Part shown: one piece after another, positions 7,710-14,337 of the stretch
Position numbering within the stretch: position 1 is the first letter of the stretch
Layout: each line of letters opens with the position of its first letter
From: a virus
Strand: one strand, 5' to 3'
UHGV virus genome: UHGV-1359728
Length of the DNA: 14,383 nt
Translations under genes and position numbers: made by a program
The notes under the pieces: generated by a model
Seen by the model: the letters and a program-made list of their open reading frames with translations, nothing else
Told to the model about the DNA's origin: nothing
Database searches by the model: none

Positions 7710-8015
7710 ATGGTAACCATTGTCTGGAAAGAATCCAAAGGTACGGCAAAAAGCCGCTACAAAGCTCGCAGAGCAGAACTTATTGCCGAGCGACGCAGTA
7801 ATGAAGCACTGGCGCGAAAAATTGCGCTAAAGCTCTCTGGTTGCGTCAGAGCAGACAAAGCAGCATCGCTAGGAAGCCTTTGCTGCAAGAAGAAAGAAGA
7901 AGTCGTTCGAAAAAATAGAAGTATTTATTACAAAGATTCAAACCCATTAGGAAACAAAATACATGCAGTCCAAAAAATAAAATTGTACAGTAAACTACCG
8001 TACGGTGCTTATTGA
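7710..8015 (+). CDS. N: N-type transcription antiterminator (phage-21-like arginine-rich motif)
   Basis: From the ATG at 7710 (AGGAG 8 nt upstream) the protein starts MVTIVWKESKGTAKSRYKARRAELIAERR..., containing the phage 21 N arginine-rich peptide as I recall it. The C-terminus has the QKIKL motif. The track's upstream extension from 7680 overlaps nutL. Confidence 0.85.
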   Translation: MVTIVWKESKGTAKSRYKARRAELIAERRSNEALARKIALKLSGCVRADKAASLGSLCCKKKEEVVRKNRSIYYKDSNPLGNKIHAVQKIKLYSKLPYGAY

Positions 8016-8017
8016 GT

Positions 8018-8356
8018 ATGCTTATGGTGAAAAAGACTATTTATGTTAATCCTGACCGCGGACAAAACAGAAAAGTATCTGATAGAGGTCTTACATCTCG
8101 AGACAGGAGGAGAATAGCGAGATGGGAAAAAAGGATAGCATATGCATTAAAAAACGGTGTAACACCTGGATTTAATGCTATAGATGATGGCCCTGAATAT
8201 AAGATTAATGAAGACCCAATGGACAAAGTTGACAAAGCATTAGCAACACCATTTCCTCGCGATGTCGAAAAAATTGAAGATGAAAAATATGAGGATGTAA
8301 TGCACAGAGTTGTTAATCACGCTCACCAACGAAATCCAAATAAAAAATGGTCATAG
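8018..8356 (+). CDS. Hypothetical protein (about 112 aa), AT-rich gene between N and the tL1-like terminator
   Basis: Uninterrupted ORF in markedly AT-rich DNA. The N-terminal half is basic (RGQNRKVSDRGLTSRDRRRIARWEKR) and the C-terminal half acidic (EDPMDKVDK...EKIEDEKYED). The start is ambiguous (TTG 8012, ATG 8018 or ATG 8024) and the Shine-Dalgarno is weak. A terminator follows immediately. Confidence 0.55.
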   Translation: MLMVKKTIYVNPDRGQNRKVSDRGLTSRDRRRIARWEKRIAYALKNGVTPGFNAIDDGPEYKINEDPMDKVDKALATPFPRDVEKIEDEKYEDVMHRVVNHAHQRNPNKKWS

Positions 8357-8380
8357 CCCACTTCGGTGGGTTTTTTATTG
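8355..8380 (+). terminator. Rho-independent terminator (tL1-like)
   Basis: Stem CCCAC/GTGGG with a TTCG tetraloop (8357-8370), followed by TTTTTTATT. Confidence 0.7.
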
Positions 8381-8489
8381 TCTGAACAAACCTAATTTAC
8401 TACCGCAAGCCACGCAGTGAAATGGGTGTGACTTGTGTTGGTCGCCAGAAAATGAAATTAGGCAGCAAACCACTTATTTGAGGTGATAT

Positions 8490-8576
8490 ATGGAAGAAGA
8501 ATTTGAAGAGTTCGAAGAGCATCCTCAGGATGTGATGGAACAATACCAGGACTATCCGTATGACTACGACTATTGA
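8490..8576 (+). CDS. Candidate highly acidic, aromatic-rich micro-protein (28 aa)
   Basis: ATG at 8490 follows GAGGTGA. Sequence MEEEFEEFEEHPQDVMEQYQDYPYDYDY. The stop overlaps the start of the next gene by 17 nt. Not in the ORF track (under 60 aa). Confidence 0.3.
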   Translation: MEEEFEEFEEHPQDVMEQYQDYPYDYDY

Positions 8577-8760
8577 TAAAAATCAATGGTGTGGACAATT
8601 CAAGCGATGCAATGGATGCAAGCTGCAATCGGAATGCATGGTTAAGCCTGAAGAAATGTTTCCTGTAATGGAAGATGGGAAATATGTCGATAAATGGGCA
8701 ATACGAACGACGGCAATGATTGCCAGAGAACTTGGTAAACAGAATAACAAGGCTGCCTGA
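8560..8760 (+). CDS. ral: Ral-like restriction-alleviation protein candidate (66 aa, Cys-rich)
   Basis: 66-aa ORF with a CX5CX2CX5C motif (CGQFKRCNGCKLQSEC). Its position after N and before cIII/kil, and its length, match λ ral. Identity is by synteny and recollection, not search. Confidence 0.5.
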   Translation: MTTTIDKNQWCGQFKRCNGCKLQSECMVKPEEMFPVMEDGKYVDKWAIRTTAMIARELGKQNNKAA

Positions 8761-8799
8761 TGGTGGCCTTTATTTTTGGCATAAACAACAGAGGTGAAT

Positions 8800-8934
8800 A
8801 TGAACGCAGTTGAATTTACAAAATGGATGGCAGAGCAAGATATCACAGGAGCCGACGAAAAGGCTGTGTACTACATGGCTCTGCTATGGATTCACAAAGC
8901 AAAAGAGGCTGCAAATGCTCTTGGAGGTGAGTGA
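8800..8934 (+). CDS. Hypothetical small protein (44 aa)
   Basis: ATG at 8800 after GAGGTG. Protein MNAVEFTKWMAEQDITGADEKAVYYMALLWIHKAKEAANALGGE. Its TGA overlaps the next ATG (TGATG). Not in the ORF track. Confidence 0.4.
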   Translation: MNAVEFTKWMAEQDITGADEKAVYYMALLWIHKAKEAANALGGE

Positions 8935-9119
8935 TGTGCGAGTTTTATGAAGCAGATATCAAACGCCCAGAAATGGCAAGTGATGCGACATTACGTGATT
9001 ACTTCGCAGCAAAGTTCATGCAGGGAGTTTGTGCAAATCCAGACAGGCTTTATGACAACGAACCACTTGCTAAAGAAGCTTATGCGATGGCAGACGCAAT
9101 GCTCAAAGCTCGCGAATAA
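8934..9119 (+). CDS. Hypothetical small protein (61 aa)
   Basis: ATG at 8934 preceded by GGAGGTGAG (the ORF track starts at GTG 8931). Protein MCEFYEADIKRPEMASDATLRDYFAAKFMQGVCANPDRLYDNEPLAKEAYAMADAMLKARE. Confidence 0.5.
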   Translation: MCEFYEADIKRPEMASDATLRDYFAAKFMQGVCANPDRLYDNEPLAKEAYAMADAMLKARE

Positions 9120-9214
9120 GCACTGTGTATTCATTCCAACGAGTGAATACACGGAGCAATGTCGCTCGTAACTAAACAGGAGCCGACTTGTTCTGATTAT
9201 TGGAAATCTTCTTT

Positions 9215-9240
9215 GCCCTCCTATGTGAGGGCCTTTTTAT
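9215..9240 (+). terminator. Rho-independent terminator upstream of the cIII-like gene
   Basis: Stem GCCCTC/GAGGGC (9215-9220 and 9227-9232), loop CTATGT, followed by CTTTTTAT. Confidence 0.6.
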
Positions 9241-9304
9241 ATGCATACCAATAACGCTTCACTTGAGGCGTTTTCGTTATGCAATCAAATATAAGGAGTT
9301 ACCC

Positions 9305-9439
9305 ATGATGCACTTTCAGCTCGCGGGTAGCGGCGTCATGTCCGCTTTCTACCCGCACGAATCTGAATTATCACGCCGAGTTAAACAATTAATCAGAGCA
9401 GCAAAGAAACAACTGGAGGCGTTATGCGCAATGAAATAG
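9305..9439 (+). CDS. cIII: CIII-like protein (FtsH inhibitor family), 44 aa
   Basis: The internal ATG at 9305 of track ORF 9200..9439 is preceded by AAGGAG. Protein MMHFQLAGSGVMSAFYPHESELSRRVKQLIRAAKKQLEALCAMK resembles recalled λ CIII (MQYAIAG...ESLLERITRKLR...). Confidence 0.6.
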   Translation: MMHFQLAGSGVMSAFYPHESELSRRVKQLIRAAKKQLEALCAMK

Positions 9440-9576
9440 CCATCAATCACCAGATGCTTCGTGCTGCACAGAACAAAGCAGTAATAGCCAGATTTATTGG
9501 TGATTCCAAAATGTGGCTTGAAGCAAATAAAGCGATGAAATCAGCTATCAACCTTCCGTGGTATCGCAGGAAATGA
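9424..9576 (+). CDS. kil: Kil-like host cell-division inhibitor (50 aa)
   Basis: I translated this codon by codon: MRNEIAINHQMLRAAQNKAVIARFIGDSKMWLEANKAMKSAINLPWYRRK. The core IARFIGDSKMW resembles recalled λ Kil (IATFIGDEKMF). GGAGG lies upstream, and it overlaps the cIII stop as kil follows cIII in λ. Confidence 0.55.
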   Translation: MRNEIAINHQMLRAAQNKAVIARFIGDSKMWLEANKAMKSAINLPWYRRK

Positions 9577-9680
9577 GTTTTACAGATAACTGGTCAGACG
9601 AAGAATTCATTCGTCAGATGAAAGAAATGCTCAATCAGCACAAAGAACAGGAGAAAGATGATGATTCTGACTCTGAATGA
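9573..9680 (+). CDS. Candidate acidic micro-protein (35 aa)
   Basis: ATGA overlap with the kil stop. Protein MSFTDNWSDEEFIRQMKEMLNQHKEQEKDDDSDSE. It overlaps the start of the next gene. Low confidence. Confidence 0.3.
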   Translation: MSFTDNWSDEEFIRQMKEMLNQHKEQEKDDDSDSE

Positions 9681-9969
9681 TAAGCGTGAAATATCGCAAA
9701 TAATCGCAAGTTTTACTGATGAAGATTACGAACGAATCAACAGTGAAGTTGATCGCCTCTGCAAACGTTGCGACCCAATAAGCGAAATGCTTCGCTCATA
9801 TAAACCAGATGAACACACTAAGGACGCTATCGACTGGCTGGAAGATGATGACTGTAACTATCAGGAAAAAGCCGCTGAATGGTTCTGGGATGCAATAACC
9901 GAAAGAGTTAAGGCTGAATATGCTTTCGCAATATTCAAACGCAGACACATTTATGGAGAAGCAGCATGA
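9658..9969 (+). CDS. Hypothetical protein (103 aa) in the gam/arf/abc position upstream of recT
   Basis: AGGAGA Shine-Dalgarno before the ATG at 9658, and the stop overlaps the recT start. No similarity to λ Gam that I can recognise. Acidic, with WLEDDDCNYQEKAAEWFWD. Confidence 0.6.
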   Translation: MMILTLNDKREISQIIASFTDEDYERINSEVDRLCKRCDPISEMLRSYKPDEHTKDAIDWLEDDDCNYQEKAAEWFWDAITERVKAEYAFAIFKRRHIYGEAA

Positions 9970-10877
9970 GCAATATCGTTGAATTCGTTAAACAGCAAGA
10001 GCAGTTATTCTGCGGAGCATTGACTGAACAGACGGTGACATGGGCTAAGGAAAGCCAGTTTGCAATTCAGTATTTCCAGAAAAACGATTACCTGGCTAAA
10101 ACAGCACTGGCAAATCCAACAAGCGCACAGAACGCCATCATCAATGTTGCGGCGATCGGCATCACCTTAAACCCGGCTAGCAAACTGGCTTATCTGGTTC
10201 CGCGCGACGGCATGGTATGCCTTGATATCAGTTACATGGGATTGCTCCATATTGCAATGGAGTCTGGTGTTATCTCATGGGGTCAGGCAAAACTTGTTCA
10301 TGCTAACGATACCTATGAGTCAAACGGGCTTGATAAAGCACCAACCCATAAATACAAAGCCTTCGGTGACCGTGGTGATATCGTTGGCGTTTACTGCACA
10401 GTTAAGACGCCAGCAGGTGATTATCTAACGGAAGAGATGAGTCTGGCTGAAATTGAGGCTGTAAGGAAAACAAGCAAGGCAGCATTCAAAGATAAAGGAC
10501 CATGGGTAAATCACTGGAATGAGATGGCGCGAAAGACGGTCGTAAAGCGTGCAAGCAAGTATTGGCCTAAGGCATCACGTCTTGATAGTGCTATTCACGT
10601 ACTAAACGAAGAAGAAGGTGTATGGACTGAACCAGTTATGCCGCACAAATCAGAGGAAGATATCCGCGAAGATGAACGGAAACGCCAGCAGGAAATAACG
10701 GATAAAGCACAACTTCTTTGTGATGAAATGGCTCAGGCTGAAAACATGGATGATTTGAAGAGATATTTTGCAGAAGCATATCGCCTGACATCTGGAATGA
10801 AATTGCAGCAGAACGTACAAGCCATTTACATAGAATGCAAAGCGAAACTGGAGGTTGCCAGTGAGCAAACTATATGA
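9966..10877 (+). CDS. recT: RecT-family single-strand annealing recombinase
   Basis: 303-aa ORF. The motif KGPWVNHWNEMARKTVVKRASKYWP matches the conserved RecT core (Rac RecT: NGPWVTHWEEMAKKTAIRRLFKYLP, as I recall it). Confidence 0.9.
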   Translation: MSNIVEFVKQQEQLFCGALTEQTVTWAKESQFAIQYFQKNDYLAKTALANPTSAQNAIINVAAIGITLNPASKLAYLVPRDGMVCLDISYMGLLHIAMESGVISWGQAKLVHANDTYESNGLDKAPTHKYKAFGDRGDIVGVYCTVKTPAGDYLTEEMSLAEIEAVRKTSKAAFKDKGPWVNHWNEMARKTVVKRASKYWPKASRLDSAIHVLNEEEGVWTEPVMPHKSEEDIREDERKRQQEITDKAQLLCDEMAQAENMDDLKRYFAEAYRLTSGMKLQQNVQAIYIECKAKLEVASEQTI

Positions 10878-11343
10878 AATAGCCAATGAATACGCAAAAT
10901 TGATGGATTCAGATTTAGAGCCAGAGATGATTGCTGACACAATAGAAGGAATGGAAGGAGAATTTACCGATAAAATAGAGCAACTTCTCGCCATTATTAA
11001 AAATGAATCTGGTTATGCTGAACGCCTCAAGGACGAGGCAAAGTCACTGAATGAACGAGCCGCAGTAATTCAAAATAAGATTGACAGCATTATGGCGTAT
11101 ATAGCGTCATCGCTTGAAATGGTTGGCAAGAAAAAGATTCGAGCAGGTATTCACCAGGTAACAATCCGCAAACCGTCAGAAACTGTAGAAATCATCGACT
11201 CAAGCGCCCTTCCTCCTGAATACGTTGAGTTTGAAACGACAATTAAAGCCGACAAACTGGCAATCAAACACCAACTAAAAGCAGGAATAAATATCCCCGG
11301 CGCTCAACTCAAAGTTGGGAAACCTTCACTTCTTATCAAATAA
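10861..11343 (+). CDS. Siphovirus Gp157-family protein (recombinase-associated accessory protein)
   Basis: GTG at 10861 sits 6 nt after GGAGG (the ORF track uses TTG at 10855). The N-terminus SKLYEIANEYAKLMD and the coiled-coil character are typical of Gp157 proteins, which are commonly encoded next to RecT/Erf. Confidence 0.65.
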   Translation: MSKLYEIANEYAKLMDSDLEPEMIADTIEGMEGEFTDKIEQLLAIIKNESGYAERLKDEAKSLNERAAVIQNKIDSIMAYIASSLEMVGKKKIRAGIHQVTIRKPSETVEIIDSSALPPEYVEFETTIKADKLAIKHQLKAGINIPGAQLKVGKPSLLIK

Positions 11344-11669
11344 TGGTATCGCCTATGAAAAAGACTCCATGGGAGAAATGGGAAGTCGATTTCTTGCGCG
11401 AAGTAGCGGCGACAATGCCAGTTGAAGTTATCGCTGAAAAACTGGAAAGGACTGAAAAAGCAGTAATGGCGAAAGCAACAAGGATTGGCGCTGACATTGT
11501 TAGCCGACTTCGTGGAAGACGCTGGACAAGAGCCGAAGTATCACTTTTCGGTAAGTTCTCCGCAGAAGAAATAGCAATTGCAACCTGCCGCTCAATTTAT
11601 TCAGTAAGAGCTATGCGATACAAGCTAAAAAAACTCGATGAAGAAAGAGCAGGCATACGAATAAATTAA
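11343..11669 (+). CDS. Hypothetical protein with two internal W-x-E-hydrophobic repeats (possible tandem HTH/Myb-like DNA binder)
   Basis: 108-aa ORF with TAATG coupling to the upstream stop. Repeats PWEKWEVDFLREV and RRWTRAEVSLFGKF. An alternative start is the ATG at 11355. Confidence 0.55.
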   Translation: MVSPMKKTPWEKWEVDFLREVAATMPVEVIAEKLERTEKAVMAKATRIGADIVSRLRGRRWTRAEVSLFGKFSAEEIAIATCRSIYSVRAMRYKLKKLDEERAGIRIN

Positions 11670-11685
11670 CATGGAGTAATTAACA

Positions 11686-11967
11686 ATGAAGCTAAACATC
11701 GACCTCGGAAAATACGTTATTACCGGAACCAAACACGACCTGATTCTTAGCGAAAGAGGAATTATCAAAGAAGGCGAGAATGCAGGGAAAGAAACACTAA
11801 GTCGTATCGGTTATTACAGCAAGTTTGAGCATCTGGTTAAAGAATTATGCAACCGTGAAATCCTGTTATCTCAGGCGCAGACGCTACAGGATATTCAGCA
11901 GCATATCGAGACTTTAGGTGTATCACTTAGCATGGCTATTGACCAGTTCGTGGAGAGTAAATCATGA
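11686..11967 (+). CDS. Hypothetical protein (93 aa)
   Basis: ORF with GGAG upstream and ATGA coupling to the next ORF. Confidence 0.55.
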   Translation: MKLNIDLGKYVITGTKHDLILSERGIIKEGENAGKETLSRIGYYSKFEHLVKELCNREILLSQAQTLQDIQQHIETLGVSLSMAIDQFVESKS

Positions 11968-12128
11968 GAGGACTTGCATACAATCCCGGCATTCTTCCGG
12001 CAGAAATGATTATTCGCCAACGCGTAAAGCCAATGCCATCGAGAGAGGAATTGCTTAAGAGAAATTCTTTTCCTTCAGTGAATCAAAACAAATATCTGAA
12101 TGCGATGTTACGGAGTGGGAAAAAATGA
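11964..12128 (+). CDS. Hypothetical small protein (54 aa)
   Basis: ATG at 11964 sits 6 nt after GGAGAG, with ATGA overlaps at both ends. Protein [54 protein letters not shown]. Not in the ORF track. Confidence 0.45.
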   Translation: MRGLAYNPGILPAEMIIRQRVKPMPSREELLKRNSFPSVNQNKYLNAMLRSGKK

Positions 12129-12442
12129 CAATCACAAAACAACGTGTAGAAGAAATCATATCCCGCATTGAAATGTATGGGCATGGTGCAGGGTATACCG
12201 CTGACGAGGTTTATGACCTGGCTGTACTGGCGCTGAATTTATCAAATATCGCAAACCTGAAGCGATACGAACTTGATATGGGTGGTTGTGACTCGTGCGG
12301 TCAGGATTGTGGCGCTGACATGACTGAAGATTCTGATGGCGATTATGTCCTGTTTGATGACGTGGTTAAGTTGTTTGAGTTTGATACAACCACTCAGAAG
12401 ATAGAAAGCCCAGCAAAGGAGGCAACCAGTGAGCAAGATTGA
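12125..12442 (+). CDS. Hypothetical acidic protein (105 aa) with a CDSCGQDC cysteine cluster
   Basis: ORF with GGAGTGGG upstream; overlaps the next gene by 14 nt. Confidence 0.6.
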   Translation: MTITKQRVEEIISRIEMYGHGAGYTADEVYDLAVLALNLSNIANLKRYELDMGGCDSCGQDCGADMTEDSDGDYVLFDDVVKLFEFDTTTQKIESPAKEATSEQD

Positions 12443-13061
12443 CTATCAGGCACTGCGAATGGCGGCAGAACGTGCAACTCAAGCAATGGAACGCCTGTTA
12501 ATGTTGCCAGTTGATGATGATTTGTTAAGTGAACAGGAACTTAAAGATTACGGTGTGGATATTGATGCGCTCAACGCCTTCAAATTTCTGGCCGGACCAG
12601 AAACCGTGCTGGCACTACTGGATGAACGGGAAAGAAACCAGCAATACATCAAACGCCGCGACCAGGAGAACGAGGATATTGCGCTAACGGTAGGGAAGCT
12701 GCGCGTTGAACTTGAGGAAGCAAAATCAAAACTCAACGAGCAGCGTGAGTATTACGAAGGTGTTATCTCGGATGGAAGTAAGCGCATAGCAGAACTGGAG
12801 GAGCGGGAAATAAAACCAGCCAAAGGTGAAGTTCTGGTCGTTGTATCTGGTTTTACTGGTTGCGGAAAAAGCGCCATTGCCGGGGAAATAGAAATCGCGA
12901 TGAAGGCTATTGGTGTACCGGTTAAGTGGACTAATGGCGATGCAGAAAAGCGCATGACTGGCGCTGACTGGCTGACTGCGATTGAGATGTACAAACCAAC
13001 TGTGCGCATCGTGGAAGTTAATGTGCCACGCGCCCCTGGCATTCGCATCAAAGGAGAGTGA
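12429..13061 (+). CDS. Ead/Ea22-like coiled-coil protein with a C-terminal Walker-A-like motif
   Basis: GTG at 12429 sits 6 nt after AGGAGG. The N-terminus [19 protein letters not shown] resembles Ea22-like proteins. The central part is coiled-coil-like. The C-terminus carries SGFTGCGKS (GxxxxGKS). Confidence 0.6.
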   Translation: MSKIDYQALRMAAERATQAMERLLMLPVDDDLLSEQELKDYGVDIDALNAFKFLAGPETVLALLDERERNQQYIKRRDQENEDIALTVGKLRVELEEAKSKLNEQREYYEGVISDGSKRIAELEEREIKPAKGEVLVVVSGFTGCGKSAIAGEIEIAMKAIGVPVKWTNGDAEKRMTGADWLTAIEMYKPTVRIVEVNVPRAPGIRIKGE

Positions 13062-13062
13062 T

Positions 13063-13272
13063 ATGGCTATCGCTGCAAGTTACACCATGCATCTCTATTG
13101 TGACTGCCGCCAGTGTACGGAAGGTGTATATCCAGTGCCAGACTTCGGTGAGTATATCGGTACGTCATGGTCTGGTTGTGCAAAAGAGGCCCGTAAAGAC
13201 GGGTGGCGAATAAGCGCCGACAAAACACGTGCTTTTGCGCCCGGGCATAAAGTTTTGAGGATTAACAAATGA
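13063..13272 (+). CDS. Hypothetical Cys-rich small protein (69 aa)
   Basis: The internal ATG at 13063 of track ORF 12982..13272 is preceded by AAGGAGAG. Protein MAIAASYTMHLYCDCRQCTEGVYPVPDFGEYIGTSWSGCAKEARKDGW... with a CxC-x2-C...C pattern. Confidence 0.55.
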   Translation: MAIAASYTMHLYCDCRQCTEGVYPVPDFGEYIGTSWSGCAKEARKDGWRISADKTRAFAPGHKVLRINK

Positions 13273-13820
13273 CCACTATAACCAAAGAGCGACTGCTGAC
13301 AATCAAGCAGTGGCGCGAAACATACGGACCGGGTAGCAACGTTGTACTGCCAGCAGAAGAAGCGGAAGAACTGGCACGGATTGCGTTAGCCTCACTGGAA
13401 GCCGAACCTGTAAGCCAAACTTACAACTTGCCAGAATTGATCGAAGGCATGGAAGTTTCCATTGATGTAAGCACTTGTGATGCTGATTTAGGTAATCGCT
13501 ATTTCGGCACCGTCACCGAGGCGTTAGAACTTGATACTGCCAAGAATGGTTACATCCTCCTGGTTCAGGACGCAGAGCCAAACTTCGATGTAAATGGCAA
13601 CTCTCCGGTAACTCCGGATGCTTGGATAAGCTGTAGTGAGCGAATGCCGAAAGGGTATGCTGATGTGTTAGTGACCGACGGCGAGCATGTCGAGGTTAAA
13701 TGGTGGGATGAATCTGGGTATTGGAATAGTTGGACGGAACTTAACTCAGATATCTTTGCCGATGAAATAACTCACTGGATGCCGCTACCGGAGCCGCCGC
13801 AGGAGGTTAACCGTGGCTAA
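13269..13820 (+). CDS. DUF551-domain phage protein
   Basis: 183-aa ORF with ATGA coupling. The C-terminal WISCSERMP...WWDESGYW...THWMPLPEPP matches the DUF551 signature as I recall it. Confidence 0.65.
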   Translation: MTTITKERLLTIKQWRETYGPGSNVVLPAEEAEELARIALASLEAEPVSQTYNLPELIEGMEVSIDVSTCDADLGNRYFGTVTEALELDTAKNGYILLVQDAEPNFDVNGNSPVTPDAWISCSERMPKGYADVLVTDGEHVEVKWWDESGYWNSWTELNSDIFADEITHWMPLPEPPQEVNRG

Positions 13821-14097
13821 CCTGCAACTTGCCGTTAAAGGTGAATACTTCGATGCCATGATTCGCGGAGAGAAAACGGAAGAGTATCGCCTGTGTAATG
13901 ACTATTGGAATAAGCGAATTATGTTCCGAAAGTATGACCGTCTGATTATCACAAAGGGATATCCGAAGCGCGACGATTCCAGCCGCAGAATTGATATTCC
14001 GTATGACGGATATGAAATCAAGACAATCACACATCCCCACTTCGGCGATAAACCGGTAAAGGTGTTCGCGATAAAGGTGAATATCGGCACTGAATAA
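13813..14097 (+). CDS. ASCH/DUF3850-like (PUA-fold) small protein
   Basis: GTG start at 13813 sits 6 nt after AGGAGG. The N-terminus LAVKGEYFDAMIRGEKTEEYR fits the ASCH/DUF3850 pattern. Confidence 0.55.
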   Translation: MANLQLAVKGEYFDAMIRGEKTEEYRLCNDYWNKRIMFRKYDRLIITKGYPKRDDSSRRIDIPYDGYEIKTITHPHFGDKPVKVFAIKVNIGTE

Positions 14098-14099
14098 CA

Positions 14100-14127
14100 A
14101 TCCTCGCATTCGCGGGGATTTCTTTTA
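14100..14127 (+). terminator. Rho-independent terminator (first of a tandem pair)
   Basis: Stem ATCCTCGC/GCGGGGAT (one G-U pair), loop ATTC, followed by TTCTTTTAT. Confidence 0.55.
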
Positions 14128-14131
14128 TCTG

Positions 14132-14158
14132 AACTCGCTACGGCGAGTTTTGTTTTAT
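14132..14158 (+). terminator. Rho-independent terminator (second of the tandem pair)
   Basis: Stem AACTCGC/GCGAGTT, loop TACG, followed by TTGTTTTAT. Confidence 0.55.
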
Positions 14159-14169
14159 GGAGATGATAA

Positions 14170-14337
14170 ATGCACTTCCGGGTGACAGGTGAATGGAATG
14201 GAGAGCCATTCAACAGAGTTATCGAAGCAGAGAACATCAACGACTGCTATGACCACTGGATGATATGGGCGCAGATAGCGCATGCAGACGTAACCAATAT
14301 TCGAATTGAAGAACTGAAAGAACACCATGCCGCCTGA
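14170..14337 (+). CDS. Hypothetical small protein (55 aa) bracketed by terminators
   Basis: ATG at 14170 preceded by GGAG. Protein MHFRVTGEWNGEPFNRVIEAENINDCYDHWMIWAQIAHADVTNIRIEELKEHHAA. Not in the ORF track. Confidence 0.45.
   Translation: MHFRVTGEWNGEPFNRVIEAENINDCYDHWMIWAQIAHADVTNIRIEELKEHHAA

Noticed and set aside
7607-7801. 64-aa ORF overlapping nutL and the N start, and the upstream extension of the N frame from 7680
   Set aside because: It overlaps the nut site and the N ribosome-binding site. The N start at 7710 with AGGAG is much better supported.
8041-9171. ORFs 8041..8235(-), 8583..8846(-) and 8947..9171(+)
   Set aside because: They are antisense or alternative-frame overlaps of ORFs that have ribosome-binding sites and operon context.
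10222-10994. ORFs 10222..10428(+) and 10650..10994(-) within recT and the Gp157 gene
   Set aside because: They are internal or antisense to a confidently identified RecT CDS.
12242-14240. Minus-strand ORFs 12242..12436, 12548..12736, 12752..13051, 13807..14109 and 13902..14240
   Set aside because: They are antisense to a co-directional, translationally coupled plus-strand operon. The last two also span the terminator hairpins.
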